Below, piece after piece: positions 1-13,500 of a stretch of DNA of 64,000 nt. Below the pieces are notes generated by a model. That model saw only the letters and a list, made by a program, of their open reading frames with translations, had not been told where the DNA came from and did no database searches. The stretch covers positions 2,294,001 to 2,358,000 of the forward strand of contig MU058000.1 of assembly GCA_013265495.1 (NCBI GenBank), given 5' to 3'. The position numbers were made by a program, and so were the translations under genes. The number at the start of each line of letters is the position of its first letter. The stretch's first letter is position 1. The DNA comes from Vicugna vicugna (taxonomy: Eukaryota).

Positions 1-1424
1 TATCTCTAAAAGTCGGGAAGACAGAAAATAAAACATGAAATCCATGGTTGTCTGGTAAAGAGAGTTTATTTCTTTATGGGACTTCTTTGCAAGAATGAAC
101 AACTTAAGAAAACATTAAGAAACCAATGATTATATGATCCATGACAGTTATTCAGAAAATATGTGGATGATGCATTTCTGAGCTGAAAAAAAGGACCAGA
201 AGTTCAACAGAATTTGAATGGAAAAAAAAAAAAATGAAACGCCTGCAAAATTCAAGTCTGTTTTTTTTTTTCTTTATACAGGGCCCATTTTGTTAATTTG
301 CATAAACTGCCCTGTGAGGATATGTAAGTAGGAGATCTCTGTCCTAAAGTCTTTTTTTTTCCCCCTAAGGAATTCTTTCTCTTCATTATGGATGGGCTGA
401 GTCTATTCTTAGAAGAGTTCAAATTTATTCTCCTGATGGAATCATCAAATCTGCCTCCCTTTTCCACATTTCTTGGGGATGATTTTTCATCTCTATGACT
501 GGTACGATTTCAAACCCAGACTTGCATCTTGACATTTTTATGAATCCTCTTCAAATTACATTAGTTCATAAAATCCTGTTATTTCTGTGTATTTTTCTTG
601 CTTCTAGAATATATATCTACTGGTGTAACTCATCACACTCTCATAGGCATTTTCTATTATATTTGTGTAAATGTCAAATCAATGTAACTGATTTGCTTTT
701 TATTTGTCTTACATCACCTACATACCTTGCGTAAGACTGAAGCCAATAACTATATGTTGAACATAATCTCAAAATGATGTCACTGACACTAACTTCCAAC
801 TTAACTTAATTTTTCTCCCACAATGGCTCGATCATTATTAGGTTCCTCAGTGGACTCTGAATCCCAGTGATACCTGCCCTGTTCCAGTATTCTTGTGGCT
901 GGTTTAAAATCATCCTATGCTTTTGGAGATGTTATTTATCAAAGTTTCCTCTTAACATCTTCAATGTTGAAGATCTGATATTAGTGGAGTTGTAGAAGTG
1001 GAATTATTAGGGTGTCCTTAAAGTCCTTTTCCATAAATGAATGATTTATTGGGGCAATGAAAAGAAGGAACAAGTTTGCCTGCTCAGTATTGCCCGTCAC
1101 TTTTGATGAATGTGATTCACCTTTCTATAAGAAGTCCAATTTAGCACTGGGGCCATTTCTTGAATTTTATAGAGAAGGAAATTGTAAAATACCTTAGAAA
1201 TGTGGCCGTGGAAGAAACAAACTGGGGCTGAAAGGTTCAAAGTCTGAAAAACATTGGGTGAAACATAAAGTCAATAATGTTCAATGTCAAGGTAGCCACA
1301 GGATAAAATTTGGCTTTTTCTTTTTGTAGCAACATTTGCTTGGTGTTGACTACATGGTAGCAACACTTTACTTCACTATGTCTTTTATGTTCAGATTAAA
1401 CTGTAGCTTCTGTTGAATGACCTT

Positions 1425-1629
1425 CGGTGGTGTGCTGGGCTGGCTTGCAACATTTTCTGAGTGCACTGTGTACATTTCTTCCTGACTCCATCTTGAGTGA
1501 CATTGTGTTGACAGCTTGAAATTGGTCACACTGAGGGCATTTGCACCATGAAAATTGGTACACCCTGTACACGTCGGAACTTCCCCCTTTCCAGGGACCC
1601 TGGGCTAAGCATTTATCAGCACAACACTA
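1425..1629 (+). mobile_element. MER63A-like hAT-Blackjack MITE
   Basis: Termini cggtggtgtgctgg ... cagcacaacacta resemble the MER63 inverted repeats; internal cagcttgaaattggtcac...tttgcaccatgaaaattgg matches MER63A as I recall it. Confidence 0.75.
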
Positions 1630-1904
1630 CACTACCACCTTCACAAGGATGAACTGCAGAAGCCTCTCAAACTTTCACCAAAGCATCCATGATTACTTTG
1701 TCAGTATGATATTCTGGTCATCTGTAAACACACAAGTGCTTTCCCCTTCACAACTTTGCTTGACTATTACCAACTAGTGACTAAATGAAATGAAATACAC
1801 CAAAAAGATTAATTGGTGCACATTTATTCTCAGGTAATATAAGATATATTTAAATATAATTCCTCTTTTACAAAGTAGACTTCCCATCAACTACAGAAGA
1901 AATG

Positions 1905-2085
1905 AAATATGGGGACTTGGGGTTTAATTTTAGTTTCATTTCTTATGTTTATAATGAAAGTGATCTTGAAGAAATTATGCAGTTTCTCTGAGCTTCAGAT
2001 AAATCATCAGTAGTTCGTTTATCAGGAAACAGAATTGATCACATCTGCATTTTAGGATTATTGTGGCTGCATGTTGTCCAAATGA
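1905..2085 (+). mobile_element. Degenerate MIR SINE remnant
   Basis: gtgatcttgaagaaattatgcagtttctctgagcttcag resembles the MIR core. Confidence 0.45.
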
Positions 2086-3561
2086 CAATAAATATATGCA
2101 CATAACTACAGACACATCAAAGAAAATACCTGAATTCATGGAGAACCTAGTCCTCATCCCTTTGCATTGTTGCAATGTTTAGGATGTTAGTTCCTTAAAC
2201 CTTGTCTCTGTCCATCCTCTTGGAACCATATTGAACAAAATGCCCCCTTTCTGGAATCTCAGCTATGCCACAAGGTTGTTTAAGTATTTGTGTGAATCTG
2301 GGAATAATGCTTCATTGACACAAGCCTTGGTCATTTCATCTGTAAAGTAAGAATAACAAAACTTACATAACTTTAATCAAAATTAAATAAAATAATGCTT
2401 TTAACATATATCCCAGAGATGTTTCCCTGTAGGTACTTGACAACGATTGTTTGCTTTGTTATTATTAAAATTATTATTATCGTTATTGTTACTACTGCCA
2501 CTTTCCTTACCATTAATTTCTGATATGTCTTGGGTGCATATGTCTCTCAAAAAATATGAATAGAAGGTCATGGAATGGTCTGTCTCCCTTTCACAAAGGA
2601 GATATTTAATCAAGGGGTGCAGGCTGCCTGTCAGAGGGAGCCAACTTGACACTGACACTGACCCGAATCTGTATCACCACGTGTTTGAGTGACACTGGGA
2701 CACCCAGTCCTCTCAACTTCACCTTTCGTTTCCAAAAAACCTCAGGGAACAACTGCTAAGGTGTCTTCCTTGACTGAGTACGAAGACTTGGGTCTTGCAA
2801 AAATGAAATACAGTGTGACTTGCTTGAGGCTGTTGGGGAAAAGCAGAGTCCACCTGCGGTGGAGATGGTGCCTTGCCCGTCCCCAGGACATTCACATTTA
2901 TCCTTCACCTCAGGATCTTTCTGAGGGGCTGGAGTAACAAGATGGGTAGTGAAGGCTGACTTATAGTTTGAGGAATTTGGTACCAGGGACATTTGTGTGG
3001 GAAGGGAGAGGGCCTAAAGCTCCTTCCCTCCGCCATCTGCATCCTCTGGTCCCTCCGGGGGGCTCACTCCCCACAGCTTGTCCTATTTTCCTCTCGTGAC
3101 GACCACCGCATCTTCTTTCCTCCTCACCTCTCTCCTTTTCCACAACGCCTAAAGCCCTGCAGAGTTCCCAAAGTTTTAAAGTTTCTTTCTTTCCAAAAGT
3201 TCCAAAATGTTCTCCCAGTATGTGCCAAGATCATACTAGGTGCATCCCAATGTTATCTCCTAATAGCCCTGTATCACAGGAATTCTGGTCTCCATTTTTT
3301 TTTTTTTTAATGAGGGTAGGTGATCTGACTCACTCATGACCACCAGCTTTTCAATGGTACCAGAGGGATTTTTTTTATAGAGATTGATTTGTTTAAGAGC
3401 ACCTGCTTTTTCCACTACAGTTCATTAGCCCCAAAGGTAAGACTGGATAAAAATGAGAGGATTCAGGCAACAATTCTAAATAACTCAGTGGACCCTCTAA
3501 AGGGTTGTAATTAAAGTTTCTCTATTCTGAAAACTCTCTGTGAAATAAGAAAAAAGCTTAC

Positions 3562-3591
3562 CTCAGACAGCTGGAGATGAAGAAAGGTGTC
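3562..3591 (-). other. Candidate 30-nt micro-exon (unassigned gene)
   Basis: Minus strand reads ggatttttctctctcag|gacacctttcttcatctccagctgtctgag|gtaagc: a pyrimidine tract plus AG, exactly 30 nt, then a near-consensus donor. No partner exon identified. Confidence 0.25.
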
Positions 3592-4534
3592 CTGAGAGAG
3601 AAAAATCCAGACAACTGAGACTCTTGGGAAAGACAGGGTCTGGCAGAAGTTGGATGGAGAATGGGTGAGAAGAAAATTGTTCCTAACCGGAAAAGAAAGA
3701 AAAAAAAATGTCATTGTGAGGTTTGGAGCATTATTCTCTCTTTGCTGGTGGAAGGAACTTTATTCTCATCTGGCAAGCAAGAATTGTTCATTCTGAGGGA
3801 GAAGGCTGGTCTTTTAATCTCCCATTCCCTACTTAAAGTTAGGGTGTTGACTGAGTCCCCAATCCAGATGCTATGACAGAGGAGTGGATCTGAAGCCATT
3901 TTGTATTAACGGCTGTAAGGCTGGCTTAAGAAATTTTTTTTTTAATTAGAAATTCCCTTTTCTAATTGTATTTTGTGGGTCCTAATCGTCTTTAGCAGTA
4001 ATGCTAGCTCCACTCCCGGGACGGGGCTCTTTGTGAAGAAAGGAACTGAATGCTTCATTAGTTTTGAGGTTGTTTTTCTTTAAAACTGATGATAATGCTA
4101 TAGATCTTCAGTCCTCTTTATTCCTCCTTTTTACTGCAGCGTTCAGTTTGACTCTACTTGTTGTTAAAGTGACTGCAGTATATTTGGGAAGAGACTAATT
4201 CGTTTAAATGTGTACCCAGTTAATCTGTTGCCTGATTTGCCCTGGTTTGCTCTGCAGACCTGAGATCCAGGAAAAGAGCCTAAGAGACTTTGCAGGGGAA
4301 AAGACGTGCAGCACGTTTTCTGAACACACTTATTCTCAGCTCCCCCCGTGATTCGTCCATCCTGATTTCTGACCTGAAGGGATTCGAATCGAATTTCGTC
4401 TTTGATCTAGCGCAAAGTGAATTTTTATAAAGCGAGTGTCGTTTTTCATGGGAACCTAAATGCGATCAGCCCCTTGGTTGAGCATTTCTAAAAGGAGAGG
4501 AAGCACGTAATAGGACTTCCTCCTCTACATCCCA

Positions 4535-4770
4535 CAGTCAGATCTGGTTTTGAATCCTCTTACAAACGCAGCACTGGGCAAGTCGCACATCCTAGCTAAA
4601 TGACAGGCTTCTCATCTGGAAAATGGTGATAATATTAGTCCTCACAATCATCCACAGTAATCCTCACAATAATGCTAAGTGTAAATAAATGAAGCTATGA
4701 ATTTGGACAGTGATTATGCAAATCTTAGAACTTAGTGCAATACTTTGCACAAAATATTAAATAAATATGG
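4535..4770 (+). mobile_element. MIR SINE remnant
   Basis: cagatctggttttgaatcc...ctgggcaagtc...ttctcatctggaaaatggtgataata is typical of MIR. Confidence 0.6.
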
Positions 4771-5479
4771 TCTTCTTGTCATTTTCCTTCCTCACTCACC
4801 TCCTCCTGCATTTCCTTCTCTTTTCCTTTTCCTATTTTTGTCTCTAGTAAACCCCATGCTCATCACCTGGATGTACTGAATTTTTTAACGAAGGATGGGA
4901 GAACACAAAGAATTGAACTGAATTTATACTTTTACTGTTGCTAATACTAATTGAGCTACGAGTCCAGGACTCAGACTTTCCTACTTCAGGCTTTTTCTAC
5001 AGCTACGGAACTATTCTCCCTGTCCTCAGACAGCGACAACGGCCCTTCTCTAAGTTTGTGAAATAGATTCAAGTAGACTTCTTTGGCAAAAAAGAAAAAA
5101 AAAACCCTCAGCTCTTAAAATCCACTCTTTGAACAAAAGGAGATACAACCTGAGGCAACTGCTTTTTTAACCGCGTTAAACTCTCTGAGAGATACCTGGG
5201 TATCAGCAAGGATTAACAAGCACGGCTGTAATGCCTGAAAGGAGACTGGGGTACCTTATACACGAAACAGAAGATGTAAAATATTTACTTTGGTTGAGAT
5301 GAAGCTAATGCTTATCCTATATATTATTACTGGAATAGAAACAGTGATTCTGTTCCAGGAGCAACAGAAGGGACAAAATTCGGACTGTGTAATATCATGC
5401 TTGCTTTTCTCTTTTGGGGAGAAAGTTGACAGTTAGAGGCTTAGATTCTGAACCTCATGGGTTTATGCTTAGAGACACA

Positions 5480-5565
5480 GAGGCTGGCGTATAAAATGCG
5501 CTTCTTCCTGGCTTCCCCCCGCCCCCGCGCCAGTGCACACTGATGTGTTCTCTAGATAATCTCTT
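5480..5565. promoter_or_regulatory. Small GC/CpG-rich patch with promoter or enhancer-like motifs
   Basis: ggcgtataaaatgcgcttcttcctggcttccccccgcccccgcgccag holds TATAAAA, an ETS-type TTCCTG and an Sp/KLF GC box, with AGATAA just after. Several CpGs survive in an otherwise CpG-depleted window. Confidence 0.3.
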
Positions 5566-6822
5566 TCTCTGCATTGTGCTTTGTCTTAACAGAATCAGTA
5601 TATTTTGCCTAATGAAAAAAGTCTACACTTTTCCATGGCATACATCTATTATATTAAATGTTTCAGCTATTAATAATCCTTGTTACTTAGCAAAGAATAT
5701 TCTTTCTGGTTATCTTTTGCCATTGTGCAGAACATATTTCTGCCCATCCTTTTCATAGTCAGAAAGGAGAAACATACTTTCTATAACTCTTATTCCATGA
5801 GGACTCCTCTTTTTATGTTATTCATGCGTGAACACTTCCCTAACCCATTTTGGTGTACAGGAATCAATGCAAATGCCACCTAACTCAAGTGACTTAACAT
5901 TGACTCCTGCAGTGTCTACCTTGCTCAACCACCCAGCAGTGAACTTAAGTCTGGCAGACATTTTTAATAAAGGAAAAAAACACTTCTTAGCCACTCCTAG
6001 TCCTTTAAGCAAAGCCTGAGGAAGGTTAATTTACCTCAACTAGCTTTTCTATTTAAAAAAAAAAAAAGGAAAAAGAAAAAAAATCCTGACACAATAAGGT
6101 TCAATGTTGGAAGAGGGAAGTCCCTTCTCCAGTCCTGTAAACTCCATGTCCCATTGTCAAGACACTTGCCACTCCCGAGTCACTTCCTACTCTATCTTAT
6201 GAAAATACATTTGTCAATAAATTAGAACAAAAAATAGCAAGCTTTCTTAGCAATTTCTGATAAAGCCAGTTTTACGTGAAGAGTCTAAACATTAAATGTA
6301 CAGATTGTTTAGCATCTTTTTATACACAGTTGCTCCAATCTCTAAAGCTCATCTATGGAATTTCTGCGGGTATACAGACATTAGAAAAGAGCTCCCGATG
6401 TAGGGGAAAGTAATGGAGAACAGACAAGGCTGTGAAGACTCGCAGGGCAAACGTCCAAGGCAGCAGGAAGCTCTGCAACACTTGGCATTGGTGTTGCTTT
6501 CTCTTGGAAGTACCTGGTGATACCTGGAGACGTAGCTGGAAGACTGAGTAATTGCACAGAACTTCTGAAAGTTTGGGCAACTCAGGATGGGGATGGTTAG
6601 AGAAAACAAATGGAGTCTAAGGCTTCCCATGTTGGGCAATGGATCCCGGCAAAACTCAGGGGTAAATGTATGGCCACAATCTCAGTGGCATGTATCAGGA
6701 TTTAAAATGTTCTATGGTCTTGTATTTTTCAGAAAGAGACAAACGTTCTAAACTATATTAGATTTCATAGGTCCAAATTCATCTTGCAATCTCAAGAGTA
6801 AGCACTAAAAGAGAGTACAGTA

Positions 6823-7327
6823 CAGACCTTCTCAATTTATGATGAGGTTATGTCCCAAGAAACCCATCACAAATTTAAAATATTGTAGGTCAAGATCGCA
6901 CTTAATGCACCTAACCTACCGAGCATCATAGCTTAGCCTAGTCTCCCTTGAATGTGCTCAGAACAATTACTTTAGCTTACAATTGGGCAAACTCATCTAA
7001 CACAAAGTCTATTTTATGATATGGTATTGACTATCTCATGTAAATTATTGAATACTGTACTGAAAGTGAAAAGCAGCATTGTCATATGGGTACGTAACAG
7101 TTCTAAGTGTATTGGTTGTTCACCCCTGTGACCTGGCTGTGGCTGACCCGGAGCTGTGGCTTGCTGTCCCTGCCCAGCATCATGAGAGTCTCATGCTGTA
7201 AATCACTTACCTGGAAAAGACCAAAACTCATAATCTGAAGTATGGTTTTTACTGAATGTGCATTGCTTTCATACCATCAGAAAATAGAAAAATCTAAGTG
7301 GAAGCATCAGAAGTAGGTGTCCATCTG
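6823..7327 (+). mobile_element. MER47/Tigger5-family TcMar-Tigger non-autonomous DNA transposon
   Basis: Starts after TA with cagaccttctcaatttatgatgaggttatgtccc, contains acctaacctaccgagcatcatagcttagcctag, and ends catcagaagtaggtgtccatctg (decayed inverted repeat). Confidence 0.85.
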
Positions 7328-7379
7328 TGAAATCACTGAATTGCTACAGGAAAAGAAGAAAACGTTTTAAGTAAAAAAT

Positions 7380-8230
7380 AATCAATTAAATACATAAAGG
7401 AAAGAAAAAAGAAATACGCAAAAAGGAAAGCAAATAGTGAGAAAGAAGATGCACATTTACATGAGTATTTTAATTAATATAAAAATGTAAGTAAGTTATG
7501 ACATTAAAAGGCAATCTGGTTAAGCTAGGGAAAAAAAAACTAAAATCAAACCAATAAATCAAAACACATCTAAAATAGAAGATTAGGGAGAAATCAAAAG
7601 TGAGAAGATTTAAAGGTATATAACATGTAAATACTAAACAAAGAAAGGTCAAACAATCACTACCTAAGTATTAAAATGTATTTTTAAAATGCAAACAGTA
7701 TTGCCGGAAATAAAAGAGAGCTCCAGATGATTAAATATTTAAGTAACCTGGGAAACTATTCCAAACGTATGCACATGTGAATGTAGCTTGGAACATGAAA
7801 AAGCAAATATTGACAGAAATAAAAGAGCCGTACGTACCTGTGATCACAATGGGATGACTCTTCAGTAAACAAAATAAACAACTAAAAATAGTTAATAGTT
7901 CTATGGAAGATTTAAAGAATAATAAACATTTGTAAATAAACTAATGTGGCCTAAGTTACACTTATGGAATACTGTACTAAAAAATGGTAGACTCTATATA
8001 CATTCTTTTTAAAAAATGATAAAATGTTTGTTAAAATTGACCATATGCTAAGCCGTAGAACGATTCCTACAACTTTCAAAGAAGTGAAATATTCAACAGT
8101 CAATGAGCTGTTCTTTCATCACAGCGCACTTACTAAAGCAATCAAGAATACAGAAGGTAACGAGAAAATTACTATGTTTGCAAATGACATATACCTGCAG
8201 ATAATCCATGTCTCCACAGAGAAATCTGTT
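7380..8230 (+). mobile_element. Old LINE-1 remnant (endonuclease region of ORF2)
   Basis: A-rich, with decayed L1 motifs such as tatacattcttttt...aaaattgaccatatgctaagccg (KIDHML). Confidence 0.65.
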
Positions 8231-8239
8231 GAGGCGGCT

Positions 8240-8715
8240 TTATAATCTTTCCCAGTTCCTTCTTGCTTCTAGCTCTGCCTTTCATGTCAGTCCTAATAAA
8301 GGCACCCCCAGATATTCATACATTGGTAGTAAGTCAAGAATTTGAGCAGGATTTACATGAACACTTTGAAGCTCCGACTTTGTGCACCTCCCTTCTTCTA
8401 CGTTTTTCTCCCTGACTTCCCAGCTGCTCTCATGCAGCACTTTGGCTTCCATCACAGAGTGAACTGCATCGTTCTGCTCATCTGGCCTCTTGAGTTTAAG
8501 AGCGCGGACCACGAAATGCCACGGTTTCCCCAGGGCAGTTTCCATCTTTCAACTGTAAACTCCCCTCCAGATTCTGCACACTTTACTTTTGATTACTCCC
8601 TAGTGCCTTTAAATACATTATTTCACACACATACACCAAAAAAATGCCTTGATTATGCAATGGTTATTCATGGGGCATTAGCTCCACAAAGCTACTCTGC
8701 CTTACCAGAAGTCAT
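8240..8715 (-). mobile_element. Probable 5' region of an ancient L1 (L1ME-like), antisense
   Basis: Ends with acaaagctactctgccttaccagaagtc, resembling the reverse complement of old L1 5' ends. This would explain ORFs 8282-8545 and 8342-8725 as spurious. Confidence 0.45.
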
Positions 8716-9264
8716 CTGTTTTTAGTTGTATAATTTAGATTTTCAAATGATAAGTCCATCAATTTTTGTATTATGTAACTGAAGTTTCCATATTTCAAAC
8801 CATAAAGAAACTTTGGTTTGTTTCTCTGGTTTGAGTTTTGCAGGGATGATTTTGGCCCTTCATGCTCTGTGTGATCCATGAATTCATATCTTTTCCTACT
8901 CCAAACTTGTCAGAAAGATTTGCTCTTTTATATGGCCTAACTTAATTGTCTGTTCTGTGGCACAGAGAACTAGATTTGTTTAATTATCTTGGTGCTCTAA
9001 TAGACTGCCAGTATTAAGGACTGACTTATTCATATTTTTGGCATTTCAAAGGAAAAGTAAAAGGTAAAGTATATCTGATTGTTTTTATTGAAAGACTATT
9101 GTTTGAAACCAAATTGACTCTAAATCCTGTTTGCCTTTAAGATTATAAGAAAGAAGACAGAGGAGGCAACGATAGGTATGTTAGGTCAATATATAATTCT
9201 ATGTTTTGTCAAGAATTTGTCATAGCCACTGAATTCCTGCCAGCTTGCAAGTGTCAGAAATCCA

Positions 9265-9690
9265 GTAAAAGCAAAATGAAAACCACTAGATCAATAAAAT
9301 AATATCTAGTAAGATTTTATTGGACATATAAGAACATTTCGCAAATTAGGAGCTGTCAATTCAAAACTGTTACAAAGTTCAGGGACGTGATGCTATAGGT
9401 TGGTTTATAAAGTGGAAATTGAGAAGCTGTTCAACCTTAACCATGATTGGCTAAAATTACAATGGGAATTTCCAGATTGCAAGGGATTGGTTAAGAGTGA
9501 TTATCTTATACCATTTTAGGAAGATGAATTTCTTTTATGATATTCAGAGGCATTAACAAAAAAAAATCTAAATTAAGCTTTGTGTGTGTTCATGAAATAA
9601 GTTAGATTTAGTTTTGTTTACGTGCTTAAATCGTTTTGTGTGCTTGGGGAATTTTTAGGTCTGATCATCATTTGGCATTTAATAATAACA
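9265..9690 (-). mobile_element. Probable old ERV1-class solo LTR
   Basis: Reverse-strand AATAAA (ttttattgg near 9315), TATA (tttataaa near 9405) and two CCAAT boxes (gattgg) lie in LTR order; the segment ends ...aataaca. Confidence 0.45.
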
Positions 9691-10159
9691 CAGTAATAAT
9701 GCAGTATTAAATTAGACTAATCATTTTTTAAACACTGTTGATTCTGTTTCAGTTGGATTACAGAGAGTATCCATCAGATAAGGTAATACAGGATTTCATG
9801 AAATTTTTGTCAGTAAGTATGGGAAATGGACCATAAATTCCAATGAAAGTGGTATTATTTTATATAAATCTATAATTCAAAAGAAAAAACCCAAGCATTC
9901 CCTACTTTTTTGTATTTAGATTTATGGGAATGATGATGGTGGCATTTTCGTCAGAGCCCTTGTAAATGGTGAATGGCAGCAAGAAAGAAAGTTTAATGCA
10001 GACTAGTTATTTTCAATTGTGACTATGGGATTTTAATATTTTCATTATTAATGAAAAATTATGTTTTATAGATTTATGTTCATTTTGAAAGTTTACCAGC
10101 TTAAAAGAATTTGACTATTGGTTTCACTACAGAATAACTGAATACAAGCTAATAGACAT

Positions 10160-10515
10160 AGCTTTAGATCAAATGTTTGAACCCTCCCACCCTCAAATTC
10201 ATATGCTGAAATCATAATACTCAATGTGATGGTATTTGAGGGTGTGGCCTTTGGAAAGTGATTAGGTCAGGAGGGTGGAGCTCTCGTGAATGGGATTACT
10301 GTTTTTTAGAGGCTTCACAGGATTCCTTTGTCCTCTTCCACTATGTGAAGACATTGTAAGAAGATGGCAGTCTATGAACCAGGAAGCCGGCTCTCACCAG
10401 ACATTAAATCTGCTGGCACTTTGAATTTGGACTTCCCAAACTTTGGAACTATAATAAATAAATTTCTGTTTTTCTGTTGTTTATAAGTCATCCAATCTAT
10501 AGTATTTTTTAGACC
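10160..10515 (+). mobile_element. MaLR LTR, MLT1A-like
   Basis: aaattcatatgctgaaatc...gtggcctttggaaagtgattagg...gaaccaggaagccggctctcaccagac...aataaatttctgtt...tttataag is the MLT1A pattern. Confidence 0.85.
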
Positions 10516-13500
10516 ATATACAGAAAGGCAAAACAGTATATTAATTTAAATCAGAGAATTAGAATATGGAAGACCATTATCCCATGCTTTAAAAAATAAA
10601 CATTCTTTGCTCTTGAAACATGGTCAGAATCATGTCAGTAATTGTATCTGTCCTAGTTCCAGTTAGTCAGTCTTTCTGATTGCTGTGTGCTCTGATGTGA
10701 ATCAACAAGTTTGTGAAGTGTTTGATCTTTATGATAATGAGTATTTTGTCAATTACTGTCAAGCTAGGTTTTTGTTTTTTGCCTCTGGATGAGTGTTCCC
10801 TTTGAGACTGGACAGGGATGCAAATGAAGAACTAGGCAGAAAAGGAGAGATGATTTAAAAAGACAGCTGGGATCCCCAGAAGTGAGTTTGAAAATATAAT
10901 TCTATTTTTGTTCCTGTTTTCTATTTCCTACCTAGAGATTGATCTGTGGTAGTTATGGGAACGGGTCATTTAGTGTGTCTTTTGACAAGGCACTCCAAAC
11001 TCCTCTGTGAGGATTTCTGTGCAAGATATTTTCAATGAAATATCTACTACTGGTAGAATTATTAAGTGTGGATAGAAAGAAACTATGATAGCAGACATGT
11101 TGGCATTTATCTGTTTAATTTTTTTTAGCTTTTCCAACTGCTACAACTGTTATTTGAATAATCATAAAAAGTAAGTAGCAGAAATCTCCAAACATAGAAT
11201 TTAACCTAAGAAAGCCAACTAGCCAATAATTTCTCTATCCAAATTATCAAGCAAAACTAGCCACATTCTTTATAGAGGATCATACAAATGTAAAGATGAA
11301 AATAGGACCTGCGAAAAGGAACCACCTGCATGGCAGAGTAAACGGTCAAGGGAGGAAATTTTTCCAGCAAGGAAATGATATTTTTTCTTTTTCTTTCTAG
11401 GATAGTTGGAACAAATGTACTAGGATCTGGACTTCTCAAGAATGCTTTATTTACTTTTGTATACTTGGTGCCAAGTTCAAACACCTGCCTTATAAATGAT
11501 AATTAACACCAATATTGCGAATGAGATCATAGTACCTATTTCACATGTTTGCTGTGAGGAGTAAATGTGTTATTTTTTGCAGACTTTTCCCATGTGTATT
11601 CCCTGGACCACATATAAATATCAAAATCAAAAATCACAAATTTAAATCCAGATTTAGTGAAATAGAATTTTAGATTGGGTGTAAAGTTTGTTCCTGGCAA
11701 TAAAAAAATTTGATAATTTGTACAAGTTATTTTTAGGCACACTAAACGTTAGCTATAAGGTGGATAGCTTATCAGTTCAATTGATTATCAGTTCAATTGA
11801 TCAGCTTAATATTAAAATATATATTGTCAGTTAATCAAAGCTGTTTATGCTTATGGGAGTGAAGATTGAGTGCCCTTTATAATTTTTACCCAACATGCAC
11901 TTTAATACTCATAAATGGGGAAACCTCTGAAATTTACTGATTCACTTGCCTCAAAAGGAAACTATATCAATTTGGGAAGATGCATTTGCCTAACAGATTT
12001 CCCTGGGAGACTTTTTTTGGTTGGCAACACATGAATTTGAAAGTTGAAGGCATTATTCAACTCTTTAAGTCAACGCGAAGAGTGTTCTGCTATCAAAGAA
12101 GACAAAATTAATTTTGGTTTGTATTTTAATTTGAATTAACTTCATAACCACTCAAGTGCCATTATTCCTCATCTTTCCTTCAACTCTTTCGAGTGATTGC
12201 ATTTCTTTTAGCATAAACTCTGCATTACATTTAATTCTGTAATCTCAGTGGAAGCAAGCAACGTCTTTTCATTAGGCACCTCTCACTGCTCCCGTCAAAT
12301 TCTCCACAGAGATCAAGTCATATAATCATAACAAAAACTAATCAGCCTCCACTTGTGAGGAAGAAAATGTGTCAGGGAAAGTAAATAGAAGCAGTAAATC
12401 AGGAGACAATTGAGAAGGAAAACAGAGCACTGAGGTTACTAAATAATCCAGAAAGAGGTAAGATTGGAGGTACTCACAGAATTAACTTTTGCCACTTTCT
12501 ATGATCACATTCTTTACTGCCTCGATGCTTGGAATACATTCTGCCTTCTAATTAGAGTGAGAAGAGTACATTTTTCTTCCATTTCTCTAAACAAAATTTA
12601 AAGGAAAAGTAATCATTATTCTGCCTTTTCATTCTGTCCTCAGTAATGAATGCCCTAGGAGAGGGAAGACGGAGATTTTGTTTGCCTGCATCTATTCTTT
12701 TTTTCTCTTCCTTTTCAAATTTACCTTTTAACAAGTTTCTTTTATTAAATTAATGATGGGTCTTATTATAGCTATTTAGTATCGTCAAAGGAGTTTTTTT
12801 TTAAATTATATTCAATCTTGTTAAGGCAATTTAAGGCCATTATCTTAAAAACAAAATTTGAGAGGGTGTATTATTAATTGTCCTATTATAGTTGTAATTA
12901 AAGACTTATTATTTAAGCTTATTGCCATTTTCTTTATATCATGCTAATTTATAGGCTTTGAAAATTATCTGGCTCTTTATTGCATTGCAAGGATTAAAAA
13001 AACTAAATTATAGTTAATTTAATTGTCAATTTTTCCCTTAAAGGGCTTTTCATCAAACAAGAAACATTTGTTTTTATATTATCTGAGATATTATTATTAT
13101 TCACACTTTTCTTTTCTCAATAAAAATAAAGCCAAGTTATAAATTAGCATGATAGAAAAATTACAAAATATCTCTTGAAGACAAAAATCATCAGGTCATT
13201 TATTAAATTATCGACTGTATGGCACCAAGATCATGGGGCAAAAGTTTTTGTGATATTGCTGCCCAGTTAGTTATTCAGACACAGCATTCCTACCCCGTAA
13301 TTATAGGTTTTGTTTTTAAACCATTGGCTAAGGGAAGGTTTACAAGTGTGAGACTGGGTGGCTTAATGTACCCCATTACTTTTACTAGAGGAGAGTGGCA
13401 GAAAAGTTTATAGGGAATTTTTATCTTGAGCAAAAGTTTATAGAGAATTTTTATCATAAAATAGATATATTTTATGATGAGAGGACATAGGTTGAAATTT

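Noticed and set aside
8342..8725. 127-aa ORF
   Set aside because: TTG start, probably within an ancient L1 5' remnant, no recognisable domain.
11769..11804. 16-bp tandem ttatcagttcaattga x2 as a CRISPR-like or regulatory array
   Set aside because: Only two adjacent copies with no spacer; ordinary slippage duplication in a mammalian genome.
13402..13456. 24-bp direct repeat aaaagtttatag(g/a)gaatttttatc
   Set aside because: Two copies only; a simple local duplication.
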